The notes under the pieces: model-generated | What the model was told of the DNA's origin: nothing | Seen by the model: the letters and a program-made list of their open reading frames with translations, nothing else | Databases searched by the model: none | Assembly: GCA_041937175.2 (NCBI GenBank) | Contig: CP166615.1 | Span: 2,752,001 to 2,816,000, forward strand | Reading direction: 5' to 3' | Length of the DNA stretch: 64,000 nucleotides | Origin: Limnothrix sp. BL-A-16 | GTDB taxonomy: Bacteria > Cyanobacteriota > Cyanobacteriia > CACIAM-69d | Shown here: one piece after another, positions 1 through 10,598 of the stretch | How the letters are laid out: every line of letters begins with the position of its first letter | How positions within the stretch are numbered: position 1 is the stretch's first letter | Translations under genes and position numbers: made by a program

Positions 1-309
1 ATCGACCTCTTCGGTGGGCGAAATCATCCCCTTTTCCAACCATTCCTGCACGGCCACCCCATAGAACAGCTTGACCACGCTGGCCGGATAAATGCGTTCC
101 ACGCCGCGATAGCTGAATCCGCGCACCGGATGGGCCCAAAAATCCGCCGGAGCCAGGGCCCCACCCGTATTCACCATGTAGGGCGGATCGTAAACCCACC
201 AGGTCAGGGCCAATTGGTTGCGGGCTAACAGCGGATATTGGATCCACAGCCGATCGAGCAGTTGTTTTCCCAACCGCTCCAGTTCCCCATCCTGTTGATA
301 AAAAACCAT
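1..309 (-). CDS. serine hydrolase (class A beta-lactamase-like), partial, runs off the window start
   Basis: Manual translation from ATG at 309: MVFYQQDGELERLG...RNQLALTWWVYDPPYMVNTGGAL...GFSYRGVERIYPASVVKLFY, containing the SxxK motif; divergent from an NlpC/P60 gene, an arrangement common in cyanobacteria. Confidence 0.8.
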   Translation of the reverse strand, partial: MVFYQQDGELERLGKQLLDRLWIQYPLLARNQLALTWWVYDPPYMVNTGGALAPADFWAHPVRGFSYRGVERIYPASVVKLFYGVAVQEWLEKGMISPTEEVD

Positions 310-388
310 GCCTACGGTGTTTGGCGTGAACCCAACGATTCTCGCCTATGCTTGGGGCGATCGTCCTTGTTTGCACCGGAGACCTTCC

Positions 389-1177
389 ATGACCCCGATC
401 GCCCTCGATCGCGTGCTGGCTGACTTGGGCCAACCGATTCCCGATCGCCCGGAATATCGCTGCACCGAACCCCTAGACCTATTCACCCGGCCCGACGGGG
501 AAGAACTGAGCACCCAAGTGGCTCCCGGGCGACAACTGTGGTTTCGGCAACTGTCGGCGGATTTGGCCGCGAGTTTGGCGGCTGGTGCAGGAGCTAATTT
601 AGATTTCAGCCCAGGGGCGATCGAGGTGGTGCTTTGCGAGGATGACTATGCCGCCTGGTTGCCCCTGGCCGCCTTAGCCCACCTGGCCCCGGCCATTGGC
701 CCCTATCGGGCCCCGATCGTGTCGCGATCGGCCATTGTCGATCGAATTCCCCAGGCGATCGCCTTTGCCCAAGCGGCCATGGCCGTTCCCCATTGCTACC
801 TTTGGGGCGGCACGATCGCCCCTGATTATGACTGTTCTGGCCTCATTCAAGCGGCCTTTATGAGTGTGGGCGTGTGGTTGCCTCGCAATTCGTATCAACA
901 ACAGGAATTCACCGAACCGGTTGAGCTAGAAAACCTTCAACCGGGCGACTTGCTCTTTTTTGGAATGCCCACCAAAACCAACCATGTGGCGCTGTATTTA
1001 GGCAAAACCATCGGGCAACATTGCTATCTGCACAGTTCTGGCTATGAACAGGGGCGGGGAAGAATTGCGGTTGATTTTTTGTCTGATCAGGGCGATCGGG
1101 TGGCGCAAGCTTATTTTTCCCAATACAAAGGAGCCGGTCGAATCCACAGCAGCTATCAACCCAGTCTCAAGGGCTAA
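389..1177 (+). CDS. NlpC/P60 (C40) family peptidase
   Basis: YLWGG...DCSGL...LPRNSYQQ...LQPGDLLFF...HVALY motifs; start moved to ATG 389 to avoid overlapping the divergent gene. Confidence 0.88.
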   Translation: MTPIALDRVLADLGQPIPDRPEYRCTEPLDLFTRPDGEELSTQVAPGRQLWFRQLSADLAASLAAGAGANLDFSPGAIEVVLCEDDYAAWLPLAALAHLAPAIGPYRAPIVSRSAIVDRIPQAIAFAQAAMAVPHCYLWGGTIAPDYDCSGLIQAAFMSVGVWLPRNSYQQQEFTEPVELENLQPGDLLFFGMPTKTNHVALYLGKTIGQHCYLHSSGYEQGRGRIAVDFLSDQGDRVAQAYFSQYKGAGRIHSSYQPSLKG

Positions 1178-1247
1178 TTCACGGTTCATTCACCGATCTG
1201 CTTTGGTGCTTTGATGGCCCGCAAGCTAACGATCAACCGACAAACTC

Positions 1248-1472
1248 ATGATGAAACTGGCCGTAAAAGTCAAACCCAACAGCAAACAACAGAAAATTGT
1301 TGAAGAAGCCGATGGAGGGCTAACCATTTTCTTAAAATCTCCCCCGATCGATGGCAAGGCCAATCGCGAGTTAATTCAACTCCTCGCTGCCCATTTAGGC
1401 GTTAGCAAATCAGCAATCACAATCAAAGTTGGCCAAGCGGGCCGCCAAAAAATCATTGAGGTTGCAGACTAA
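1248..1472 (+). CDS. DUF167/YggU family protein
   Basis: VKVKPNSK...[17 protein letters not shown]...V.KS.I.I..G...R.K. Confidence 0.9.
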   Translation: MMKLAVKVKPNSKQQKIVEEADGGLTIFLKSPPIDGKANRELIQLLAAHLGVSKSAITIKVGQAGRQKIIEVAD

Positions 1473-1648
1473 TGACAACAAGCGCTAGGGCCCTCAGGAT
1501 TGGGATAGGATAAGCGCGATCGCCCCTCTTGCTCGACATCGATTCGTGGTCGGTTCATCTACCGATCCGGAATTGGGATCAGATCGAGCCTTGAGGTCGA
1601 GCCTTGGTTTAGATCACTTAGACCGTCAGACCGCCCCTCTAATTCCCC

Positions 1649-3076
1649 ATGTCGCTCCAGCTTTACAACACTCTCACCCGTCGCAAAGAACCCTTCGAGC
1701 CGATCGAGCCGGGTCGGGTGCGGATGTATTGCTGTGGCGTAACGGTCTATGACCATTGCCATTTGGGCCATGCCCGGTCGTACATCGTTTGGGATACCCT
1801 ACGGCGTTTTTTGCAATGGCGGGGCTATGACGTGCGCTATGTGCAAAACTTCACCGACATTGACGACAAAATTCTTAATCGCGCCAAAAACGAAGGGGTT
1901 TCCATGCAGGCGATCGCCGATCGCTACACCGAAACCTACTTTGAAGACATGGCCCGGCTCAATATTCGGGAAGCCGATGCCTATCCCCGTGCCACCCACA
2001 CCCTAAACGGCATTCAGCGCTTGATCGCTGAATTGGAAGCCAAGGGCGTGGCCTATGCGTCCGGGGGTGATGTGTATTTTGCAGTGCGTAAATTTGCGGA
2101 CTATGGCAAGCTTTCCGGCCGCAAATTAGATGACCTGCAAGCCGGAGCCAGCGGCCGCACGGACGACGAAACCACCAAAAAGCAAGATCCCTTCGACTTT
2201 GCCCTTTGGAAAGGAGCCAAGCCCGACGAACCGGCCTGGGAGTCCCCTTGGGGGCCTGGTCGCCCGGGTTGGCACATTGAGTGCTCCGCCATGGTGCGCC
2301 AAGAGTTGGGCGAAAGCATTGATATCCACGTGGGGGGCGGTGATTTGATTTTTCCGCACCACGAAAACGAGATTGCCCAATCGGAAGCGGCCACGGGCCA
2401 TCCCTTAGCCCGGTTTTGGTTGCACAACGGCATGGTGAACGTGGGCGGCGAGAAGATGTCGAAGTCCTTAGGCAACTTCACAACCATTCGCGCTCTGCTG
2501 GATGCGCCGGAGGGGCCCCACCCGATGGCCCTGCGGTTATTTGTGCTGCAAGGTCACTACCGCAAGCCGATGGACTTCACGGGTGAGGCGATCGAGGCGG
2601 CCAAAAATGCCTGGAACACGCTCAAGGAGGGGCTGTTGTTCGAGGGGCTAGCGGATCTCAACGGTGCGCCCACCTATGACCCCACGGCGCTCGATCGGTT
2701 CCGGGCGGCGATGGATGACGACCTGAACACGCCGGAAGCCTTGGCTGTGCTGTTTGAGCTGGCGAAGGAGCTGCGCCGGGAAAAGAATCTGCGAGTTCAT
2801 GAGGGGCAATTTTCCCAGGATGCCGCCGCGATCGCCCAGCAGTGGCGAACCTTGGTGCATTTGGCGGATGTGTTGGGCCTGGTGGCCACAGCGGAAGTCC
2901 CAACGGCCACTGTATCCGGCCCCAGCGATGCGGAAATTGAGGCCTTAATTGCCCAACGGACGGCCGCCCGCAAGGCCAAAAACTTTGCCGAGTCCGATCG
3001 CATCCGCGACGAGCTGAAAGCCCAGGGCATTGTGTTGATCGATCGCCCCGGTGAAACCGCCTGGCATCGAGAATAG
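1649..3076 (+). CDS. cysS: cysteine--tRNA ligase
   Basis: LYNTLTR, CGVTVYD.CHLGHAR (HIGH-like), [25 protein letters not shown]. Confidence 0.98.
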   Translation: MSLQLYNTLTRRKEPFEPIEPGRVRMYCCGVTVYDHCHLGHARSYIVWDTLRRFLQWRGYDVRYVQNFTDIDDKILNRAKNEGVSMQAIADRYTETYFEDMARLNIREADAYPRATHTLNGIQRLIAELEAKGVAYASGGDVYFAVRKFADYGKLSGRKLDDLQAGASGRTDDETTKKQDPFDFALWKGAKPDEPAWESPWGPGRPGWHIECSAMVRQELGESIDIHVGGGDLIFPHHENEIAQSEAATGHPLARFWLHNGMVNVGGEKMSKSLGNFTTIRALLDAPEGPHPMALRLFVLQGHYRKPMDFTGEAIEAAKNAWNTLKEGLLFEGLADLNGAPTYDPTALDRFRAAMDDDLNTPEALAVLFELAKELRREKNLRVHEGQFSQDAAAIAQQWRTLVHLADVLGLVATAEVPTATVSGPSDAEIEALIAQRTAARKAKNFAESDRIRDELKAQGIVLIDRPGETAWHRE

Positions 3077-3086
3077 GAGGACAACC

Positions 3087-3404
3087 ATGGCCGATCGCGA
3101 TTTGTTTCAGCGGGCCAATGCGCAGGGCATGAAGCGATTTTGTGAAGGTTGGCATCGGGCCCAAAACCAACGCTACTTGCTGCGATCGCAACTGGGGTTT
3201 AGCCAAGCCAGCACTCCTCATCGACCGGCTGTTTGTCGGGGCTGCGAAAACTATCACGGCATCGCCTACGGTTACAGCCGCGATCGACGGGCAAGGCTGA
3301 TTTGCGGTATTCATCCCTTTGGCTGGTCGGGAACCGATCTTTGTCCCGATTGGCGCGGGGCGATCGAGCCGGAACTGTCCGCCACCGCCGACGATCATCG
3401 GTGA
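3087..3404 (+). CDS. small Cys/His-rich hypothetical protein (possible Zn-binding)
   Basis: AGGAGG RBS before ATG 3087; CxxCxxYHG...CGIHPFG...CPDW motif. Confidence 0.7.
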   Translation: MADRDLFQRANAQGMKRFCEGWHRAQNQRYLLRSQLGFSQASTPHRPAVCRGCENYHGIAYGYSRDRRARLICGIHPFGWSGTDLCPDWRGAIEPELSATADDHR

Positions 3405-3490
3405 CGGCCAGACGATTATTAGTCATCAACCAGCCCCAACTCAGTCCATAATTCATCCCCAAAATCTCCGAAATCCAAGATCTCCGAAAT

Positions 3491-3985
3491 ATGGGAATTC
3501 AAAACATCGGTAAACGATTGCTCTTGCTATTGGGGCTGGCCCTGCTGTGGGTTTTGTTGGGAGCCTTGCCCGCCCAAGCAATGGCTAACTACAGCAAAAC
3601 CAACCAGGAAGGACAAAATTTTGCCGGTGAAAACTTGGTGGGCGCAGCGTTTTTGGCCACCGATTTGCGCGATGCCAATCTGGCGGGAGCCAACTTGAGC
3701 AATGCCACCCTCACCCAGTCCACCCTGTTGCGAGCCAACTTGCAGGGGGCTGATTTAACGGGCGCTTTGATCGATCGGGCAGTGCTGGAACGGGCAGATT
3801 TAACCCAAGCGATCGCCCGTGAAGCGATTTTTACGCGCTCAATTTTGGCTGACACCGCGATCGAGGGAGCCGACTTCACCGACGCATTGATCGATCGGTA
3901 CGATGTGGCCCAACTTTGCAAAATCGCCAGCGGCATCAATCAGAAAACCGGGGTCAGCACCCGCGAAAGCTTGGGTTGCGATTAG
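3491..3985 (+). CDS. pentapeptide repeat protein with signal peptide (lumenal/periplasmic)
   Basis: A(N/D)LxX repeats; N-terminal signal ending AQA; C-terminal LC...TRESLGC. Confidence 0.92.
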   Translation: MGIQNIGKRLLLLLGLALLWVLLGALPAQAMANYSKTNQEGQNFAGENLVGAAFLATDLRDANLAGANLSNATLTQSTLLRANLQGADLTGALIDRAVLERADLTQAIAREAIFTRSILADTAIEGADFTDALIDRYDVAQLCKIASGINQKTGVSTRESLGCD

Positions 3986-4029
3986 TGCTCAAACCTTCTC
4001 CGCGATCGGGCACTTCAAAGTTAGGTTCA

Positions 4030-4198
4030 GAGGATATCTGAGAAGTCACTGGGGATGCTTAGTAAAGCGCCGGCCATCATCGGGGCAAGGGGCTTAAGCC
4101 CCTTGTCTTGGTTGCTCTGGAACAAGGGGCTTAAGCCCCTTGTCTTGGTTAGTCAATAAGACCCACAAGGTAGTAGTTTTGGCGTTTCAAACATTCCT
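4030..4198 (-). mobile_element. MITE family B (GAGGATG-type ends), diverged copy with a duplicated core palindrome
   Basis: Starts GAGGATATCTGAGAAG and ends TTTCAAACATTCCT; CAAGGGGCTTAAGCCCCTTG at 4086-4105 and 4123-4142; reverse complement resembles the copies at 14655, 22048, 40991 and 52500. Confidence 0.65.
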
Positions 4199-4303
4199 TG
4201 AAGGATTTCTTGAGGGGTTTTTTGATTTATAAGTTTTCCGAGAGCTGACTGGAATATTTTCCCGCAAGGACTCTCCTAATTAACCAAACTAGCGTTAACC
4301 AAA

Positions 4304-4492
4304 CTAGCGAGCTTTCCAAGTGCCACCATAGCGATAGTGCGGATTGGTGGCGCTTTGCTGTTTTTGGCAATGGGGACAGGCCAAAACCCATTGATCGGTG
4401 CGATCAACCTGGATTCGATAGCGCACCAACGAAAGCACCTGGCATAATTCACAGGGTCGTGGTTGGGGATTGGCTGTGCGACGACGCGGCAT
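4304..4492 (-). CDS. small conserved cyanobacterial CxxC...CxxC protein
   Basis: CELCQ..LVRYRIQ..W.LACPHC...YRYGGTWKA, a pattern recognised as a small cyanobacterial family. Confidence 0.7.
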   Translation of the reverse strand: MPRRRTANPQPRPCELCQVLSLVRYRIQVDRTDQWVLACPHCQKQQSATNPHYRYGGTWKAR

Positions 4493-4587
4493 GACAATTA
4501 ATAGAAGTCAACAGTAATCGGCGGCAATCAACGGCGATTTAAGACAATTTCAATCCACTCAAATCATTTCAATTCAAATCATTTCAA

Positions 4588-5259
4588 TCAATTTAAATCA
4601 AAGGGAACCCCGCCATTGGTTTCCCAATAGTGACGATAGAGCAATTCAAGCTGGCCGCAATGTTGGGCGATCGCCGCCACCTGCCGCCGATACAAACTCC
4701 GAAACACATTCGCCACCAGCAACGCCCCGATCGCCACCACCAAGCCCGTAGCCGTGGACACCAACGCCTCGCTCAGGCCCGAACCGATGCCCGCGCCATT
4801 GGGGCCGCCCGTGGAGCCGATGCTGTCCCAGCGCAGGGCCGCAAAGGATCCCATCAGCCCCAATACGGTTCCCAACAGACCCAACAGGGGCGCAATGCCG
4901 ACGATCGTGTCGAAAGCCGTGCCAAACCGTTTGAGTTGGGGCAGTTGGGCTTGGGCGGCGCTGTCCAGGGCCAAGCGAAACTCCTCGGGGGTAGGGCGAT
5001 CGAGCGTGAGCGCCGCCAGGAAAATCTGCACGATCGGCCAATCCTCTGGAGCCGATCGCAACAAACGCAGGGCGCGATCAGTATCGGGTTCCCGCCCGTA
5101 CAACACCAGTGCCTCCCGAATCAGGAGCGGTTGCTCCTGGGCCAAGCGCCACCAAAACCGGCCCCGCTCCACCGCCAGGGCGATCGTGGCGATCGCACAA
5201 CCCGCCAAAGGAACCATTACCGCCCCACCGGCCACAAACCATTGCCATACCGACGACAT
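4588..5259 (-). CDS. exbB: MotA/TolQ/ExbB proton channel family protein
   Basis: GGAVMVPL, TIVGIAPLLGLLGTVLGLM, GLSEALVSTATGLVVAI; the ORF could extend to 5295. Confidence 0.88.
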   Translation of the reverse strand: MSSVWQWFVAGGAVMVPLAGCAIATIALAVERGRFWWRLAQEQPLLIREALVLYGREPDTDRALRLLRSAPEDWPIVQIFLAALTLDRPTPEEFRLALDSAAQAQLPQLKRFGTAFDTIVGIAPLLGLLGTVLGLMGSFAALRWDSIGSTGGPNGAGIGSGLSEALVSTATGLVVAIGALLVANVFRSLYRRQVAAIAQHCGQLELLYRHYWETNGGVPFDLN

Positions 5260-5624
5260 CGAGCACCTACTCCCCTTGCAACGCAGCGGGTTCATCTAGC
5301 GGCCAATCACGGCCCGTGGGCCAACAGAAATTCAGCCAAACCCAATCAACCACCAGCCTGGCCCTATGATGCCCGATTGGCGATGGCCGAGAACTAGTTG
5401 ATTTGCCCCGTTTCGATCGCCCCGATCGGCCCCAGGCAATTGACTGTAGTGGGGATCGATCTTTACCATTGAGTTACATTAATGAACTGTAAAGAACTGT
5501 TGCGATTAATCAACGGTTTCCATCCTCCGGCCCCTTGATTGCCCCACAGACCAAGGGTTTTCAGTTCTTTCCCCATTCGATTTTGTCCCCCATCCTTCCG
5601 CCCTGGCTTTTGGAGCGCGTCCCT

Positions 5625-6455
5625 ATGCAACAGGCAACACAACTGGTTTCCCGCCGCTGGTCGCAGTGGTTGACGGCCACGCTGGGATCGTTGGTGCTTT
5701 GTGCGATCGCCTGGATCGCCGCACCGGCCCCCGCCCAAGCCTTCGATAACCCCGACCTGCTGCCCAAGGAGTTCACCACCGTTGTGGACTTGGCCAACCA
5801 GTTGCCCAGTGGCCAAGAGCAAAAACTCGCCCAAACCCTGGCGGACTTCGAGGCGGAAACGGGCTGGAAACTGCGTGTTTTGACCCAATTTGACCAAACG
5901 CCCGGCCTGGCCGTGAAGCGATTTTGGGATGTGGATAACAAAACCTTGCTGGTGGTGGCCGACTCCCGGGGGGGCAACCTGCTGAACTTCAATGTGGGTG
6001 GCGATTTTTATAACGTCTTTCCGCGCACCTTTTGGATTGAGCTGCAAACCCGCTACGGCAACCAATTCTTTGTGCGCGACAACGGGGAAAATCAGGCGAT
6101 CGTCCAATCCCTGGAGTCGGTGATGGGTTGTCTGCGCCAAGGGGGCTGTCAGTTTGTGCCCGGTTTGCCCCAGGAGCAATGGATCCTAACCCTGGTGACT
6201 TCGGTGCTGGGCGGTGTGATCTGTGGTTTTGCGGCCCACCCGCGCAAGGCCGGCGAATGGATTTCCTGGCAATGGGCGCTGATTTTGTCGCCACTATGGG
6301 GCATTTTGTTTATTGCCTTTGGCATTGGCCCGGTGGTGACCCGCACGGCGGACTGGTTGCCCCTGGTGCGCAACATTGCTGGATTTGCGATCGGGGCGTT
6401 GGTGGCTTTCCTGTCGCCGGTCTTTGGTCGCCCCCCGTCAGAGGCCGAAACTTAG
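5625..6455 (+). CDS. TPM-domain protein with C-terminal transmembrane helices
   Basis: Signal peptide ending AQA, then FDNPDLLP..T.VVDLA, GWKLRVLTQ, FWIELQTRYGNQFFVRDNGE, C..VPGLP.EQW. Confidence 0.88.
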   Translation: MQQATQLVSRRWSQWLTATLGSLVLCAIAWIAAPAPAQAFDNPDLLPKEFTTVVDLANQLPSGQEQKLAQTLADFEAETGWKLRVLTQFDQTPGLAVKRFWDVDNKTLLVVADSRGGNLLNFNVGGDFYNVFPRTFWIELQTRYGNQFFVRDNGENQAIVQSLESVMGCLRQGGCQFVPGLPQEQWILTLVTSVLGGVICGFAAHPRKAGEWISWQWALILSPLWGILFIAFGIGPVVTRTADWLPLVRNIAGFAIGALVAFLSPVFGRPPSEAET

Positions 6456-6619
6456 GATCAGGCAACGAAACCCAGTTTTGGGCCTGGAGGTTTTCTGGTG
6501 ATCAGTGCGCCAATTCAACATCGGGGCGATCGCGATCGTTGCCACCGGGTCTTTAGTGGGTGAAATTAGAGCAGGGTTGGGGCCATGGCCCGCCCAAGCT
6601 GAGTTGGCACGAGTTGTTG

Positions 6620-7252
6620 ATGATGGAGTGGCATATCACGGACGCACAGAGCCTGGCTCTGATCGATCGGGAGTTGGGCGATCGGGGCGATCGCTCACCA
6701 GCGGAATACGAGATGGTGCGTCGGGTGATCTATGCCACCGCAGATTTTGACTATGCCAGTTGCCTGAGTTTTTCCGAGCGATCGCTCAGTGCGGGGGCGG
6801 CGGCCCTAGCAGCGCGGACAACGGTGATTGTGGATGTGCCGATGGTGCAGGTGGGGATTGCCCCTGCCATTCAGGCCACCTTTGCCAATCCGGTGTTTTG
6901 TGCCACGGAGGCGATCGTGCGGCCACAACAGGCCCTGACCAAGGCCGCTTGGGGAATTCAAACCCTGGCCCGGCGTTACCCGGAGGCTATCTTTCTGGTG
7001 GGCGAGTCGCAAACGGCCCTACTGGCACTGATTGAACTAATTGAGGCGGAAGAAATTAACCCGGCCCTGGTGATTGCCACCCCGGCCGGGTTTGTGGAAG
7101 TGGATACCACCAAAGCCCGATTGCGCGATGCCCAGGTGTCCCACATTTGCGTGGAAGGTCGCAAGGGCAGCCCAATCGTGGCGATCGCGGCCATGGGCGG
7201 ACTGGTGGACTTGGCTTGGCAGGCTTACGGGCCCAAGGCAAAGGGGCGCTAA
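6620..7252 (+). CDS. precorrin-8X methylmutase (CobH/CbiC)-like protein
   Basis: SL..IDRE, VRRVIYATADF, VDVPMVQVGI, GRKGS. Confidence 0.85.
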   Translation: MMEWHITDAQSLALIDRELGDRGDRSPAEYEMVRRVIYATADFDYASCLSFSERSLSAGAAALAARTTVIVDVPMVQVGIAPAIQATFANPVFCATEAIVRPQQALTKAAWGIQTLARRYPEAIFLVGESQTALLALIELIEAEEINPALVIATPAGFVEVDTTKARLRDAQVSHICVEGRKGSPIVAIAAMGGLVDLAWQAYGPKAKGR

Positions 7253-8904
7253 CCGGTTTGCAGGGCGGCGGCCTCTTGGGCCAGGCGATCGCTCAGCAGG
7301 CTATGGTTTCGTTGGGCCCGTTCATGCTGCGGATTGAGGGCGATCGCTTGGTTATAGGACTCGATCGCCTCGGGATAGCAGTCTAACCGAACCAGCACAT
7401 TGCCCCGGCTGTACCAAGTTTCCGGGTCGTTGCGATCGAGGTCGATCGCCTGGTCATAGCTGCTGAGGGCGGCGGCAAACTGACCCAACTGGGTGAGGAT
7501 AATACCGCGATTGTGCCAAGCGCTGGCGTTTTGGCCGTTTAGCTCGATCGCCCGATCGTAGGCTTGCAGGGCCTCTTGGGGCCGTTGCAGCCGCGCCAGG
7601 GCATTGGCCCGGTTATACCAAGCTTCATGACTATCGGGGTTCAGGGAAATGGCTTGGTTATAGGACTTGAGGGCCTGATCGGTTTGCTGCAACTTACTGA
7701 GGATTAACCCCTGATGCAGCCACAGTTCCGGGTGATTGGGATTCAAGGCGATCGCCTGGTGGTAGGACGTGGCGGCTTCTTCAAATTTGCCCAGCCGCAT
7801 CAGCACCAACCCGCGATTGTGCCAACTTTCGTAGCTGTCGGGCTTCAGGCGCACGGCACGATCATAGGCGGCGATCGCGGCTGGATAGCGCTGCAATGCT
7901 TCTAAAACCACCCCTTTTCCCCACCAAGCGGCATAGCAGTCCGGCTGTTGCTCGATCGCCTTGTCATATTCCGTCAAGGCTCCTTCCGGATCGCCGTTAC
8001 GGAACAGTTGTTCAGCCCGATCGGCAATATTATTGGCACTCACCGGCAGCGCCGTGGGGGTCAACATCGGCATCTGTTGCATCTGCAAAGACACCAACTG
8101 TTCCACCAAGGTGCGCAATTCCTGTTGAATTTGCGGCTGAATCAAGGCCAGCAATTCTTGAGGCGCTTTTTGCGTAAATTCTTGGATGATGTGCGCCTTT
8201 TGCCGATCGGCTTGACCCGCCAAAATTTGCATATTTGAAATAAATTCCTTCTCCAGTTCCGCAATTTGGTGACGCGAAACCCGGCGATCGCTGGCCAACC
8301 GTTCTTGAAACTGGGTTAGCTCCTGGTTTGCAGTTCCCTTGACGGCGGCCACATGGGTTTCCAACTCATGAATCAAAGCGGCGGCCGAAACCTTGGTGCG
8401 TTCCACCTGGTCTTGCAAGTCTTGCAGACTGCGATCGGCCCGATGGCGAGCCACCTTCACCCGAGCTTCCAAATCACCCAAATCCTTCAGGCTGTGGCGT
8501 ACCGACTGCGCCAAGTGATTCACCACCTTGCGCCGCCCCAACCAGAGGGCCGCTGTCATGGCCAAGGGAGCCGTTCCCAAAGCAATCAGCAACCAACTGA
8601 GGCCCCCAAGGGTACGCTCCAGACCGATCGCTTCCCCGGTGCTGGCGCTGGCCGTGGCAAAGGCCAGATCGGCGCGGTCGGTGGCCTCGGCGGCGGCGAT
8701 CGGGGCTTCGGGTTCCACTAAGGTGGCACAGGCGGTCTGGGCTTGACCCGCCTCGGTCACGGGGCAGGGAATCGGAGTCGTGGTGTGAGTGACGGCTTGG
8801 GCGGGGCTGGCCGCCAAGGCCAGAGGAGCCACCAGGGCCGGAACCCAGGCCACTGCCCGGGCCCGATCGCCCGTTGCACCAAAATTGCTGCGGGAAGAAC
8901 TCAT
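7249..8904 (-). CDS. TPR-repeat protein with signal/TM segment and coiled coil
   Basis: About 7 C-terminal TPR units (AWYNRG..L..L.....A..YD.AI.L.P). Confidence 0.88.
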   Translation of the reverse strand: MSSSRSNFGATGDRARAVAWVPALVAPLALAASPAQAVTHTTTPIPCPVTEAGQAQTACATLVEPEAPIAAAEATDRADLAFATASASTGEAIGLERTLGGLSWLLIALGTAPLAMTAALWLGRRKVVNHLAQSVRHSLKDLGDLEARVKVARHRADRSLQDLQDQVERTKVSAAALIHELETHVAAVKGTANQELTQFQERLASDRRVSRHQIAELEKEFISNMQILAGQADRQKAHIIQEFTQKAPQELLALIQPQIQQELRTLVEQLVSLQMQQMPMLTPTALPVSANNIADRAEQLFRNGDPEGALTEYDKAIEQQPDCYAAWWGKGVVLEALQRYPAAIAAYDRAVRLKPDSYESWHNRGLVLMRLGKFEEAATSYHQAIALNPNHPELWLHQGLILSKLQQTDQALKSYNQAISLNPDSHEAWYNRANALARLQRPQEALQAYDRAIELNGQNASAWHNRGIILTQLGQFAAALSSYDQAIDLDRNDPETWYSRGNVLVRLDCYPEAIESYNQAIALNPQHERAQRNHSLLSDRLAQEAAALQTG

Positions 8905-9074
8905 GTAGACAGCCTCCGAACCCGTTGCGAGTCAATTGCGAGTCGATGTTGATCCTCGGCTCTGACCGAGTGACTAGCTATTGTTTCGGAGGCGATCGGC
9001 CGAAATCCGGGAGTCTATTGGGTGTGGCAGCCAGTGGCCAATCCAGCACCCTGGCGGCCCCTTAGCTCAACCCC

Positions 9075-10595
9075 TTAGCTCAACCAACTCAGCAGCAAAC
9101 GCGGCGCAGGCAACACCACCAACACCAACAAGGCCAAGGCCAAAAAGCCCAATCCATCCCGTCGATCGTCCAGCGGGGTCACGTCGTCCAGGGCCGGTTG
9201 GCTAATGGCGGGCAAAAAGAAGACCAACAGGGCCAGCGCCAGGAATTCGCTGCGGGCCAAGGCCAGAACCAGCACGGCAAACCGGGTGATGTGGCCCACC
9301 AACATGGCTCCTTGGGTTCCCAGCATGGCGCGGACAATGCGCCCCCCATCTAAGGATCCAAGGGGCAACAGATGAAAGGCCCCCAACCAAAGGCCGATGT
9401 AACCCGCCAGGGCGATCGGGTGGAGGGCGATCGCCTTGCCGGGAACGAGGGCCGCGCCGAGGGTGGCTTTACTAATTAGGGTCAGGGCGATCGAGTAGCT
9501 GGGGTCGATCGAGCGCCAATTCAGCAACCCCGAGCCGGGCAAAGGATTCACCACCGTGGAGTGGGCCAACCCCCAAACCAACAGCGGCAGGGCCACCAAC
9601 AACCCCCCGATCGCCCCCCAAAAGCCCACATCAAACATGGCGCGGCGGTGGGGCATGGGCGATCGCAGGGGGGTGAACGCGCCCAGCGTTCCCAACAGGG
9701 CTGGAATGGGAATAAACAGCGGCAAGGAAACAGACACCCGATGGCGCTTAGCGGCCCAGTAGTGTCCCAGCTCATGGGCCCCCAAAACCAACAACAGCCC
9801 GATCGCGTAGGGCGCACCGGACTGAATAAAGGCCCAATCACGCACCAAATCTAGCTTCGGGTTCCGCAGCATCTCCGCCCCCATCAGGGTCATGGACAAC
9901 AGCGACAACCCCAGCAACCCCACCGACCAAACCACCTGCTTCCAGAGGGGTGGCTCTTGGCTCAGGGCTTGACCCAAGGGCGTGCGTTTGGGATTGGGAA
10001 CCAGGGCAAAGAAGGGCTTGCCGTTTTGACCTTCCTGGAAAATCACCAGAAATCGATCGCTAAACTTTTGGCGAATTTTGTCGCAAACTGTCCGGTAAGC
10101 CAGGGCCGGTTCCGCTCGCAATTGCCCATAGCAAAGGGCTGCTTGGGGACGATGTTCCACGCTGCTGAGATAAAACACCGACCAGGGAAAGCAATCTTGC
10201 AGGCTGGCTTCCTCGGTGCGATCGAGCAGGCGGGGCGAAATTTTGGCAGAGCCAAGGGCTTGGGCCAGGGCCAGGGCTTCGGCGGGACTGCTGGGATCCG
10301 CCAGCACCGAAATGGGGGATTCCAAATCCCCATGGGTGGACTGTTGGGGCCGGGCCGATCGCCCCTGTTGCACCAACCACACATAGAGCAAGGGACAGGC
10401 AATAAACGGCGGCAGGGCCAACCAGGGCGGCACGGGCTGGCCGGGGCCATTGGCCAGCGTCCAAGTCGTCCAAATCAAGGCCGGAGCCATCATCACCAAC
10501 CACAACACCCACACGGAGGCGCGTGTGATGCCGCTAACGCTCTGGCGGACAATAAAATATGCAACGATGCCGATCAACACTAGCCAAACAATCAT
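9075..10595 (-). CDS. site-2 protease (M50, EGY-like)
   Basis: HELGH, GTLGAF, FDVG..G, LLPLGSLDGG; multiple transmembrane segments. Confidence 0.92.
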   Translation of the reverse strand: MIVWLVLIGIVAYFIVRQSVSGITRASVWVLWLVMMAPALIWTTWTLANGPGQPVPPWLALPPFIACPLLYVWLVQQGRSARPQQSTHGDLESPISVLADPSSPAEALALAQALGSAKISPRLLDRTEEASLQDCFPWSVFYLSSVEHRPQAALCYGQLRAEPALAYRTVCDKIRQKFSDRFLVIFQEGQNGKPFFALVPNPKRTPLGQALSQEPPLWKQVVWSVGLLGLSLLSMTLMGAEMLRNPKLDLVRDWAFIQSGAPYAIGLLLVLGAHELGHYWAAKRHRVSVSLPLFIPIPALLGTLGAFTPLRSPMPHRRAMFDVGFWGAIGGLLVALPLLVWGLAHSTVVNPLPGSGLLNWRSIDPSYSIALTLISKATLGAALVPGKAIALHPIALAGYIGLWLGAFHLLPLGSLDGGRIVRAMLGTQGAMLVGHITRFAVLVLALARSEFLALALLVFFLPAISQPALDDVTPLDDRRDGLGFLALALLVLVVLPAPRLLLSWLS

Positions 10596-10598
10596 CTG

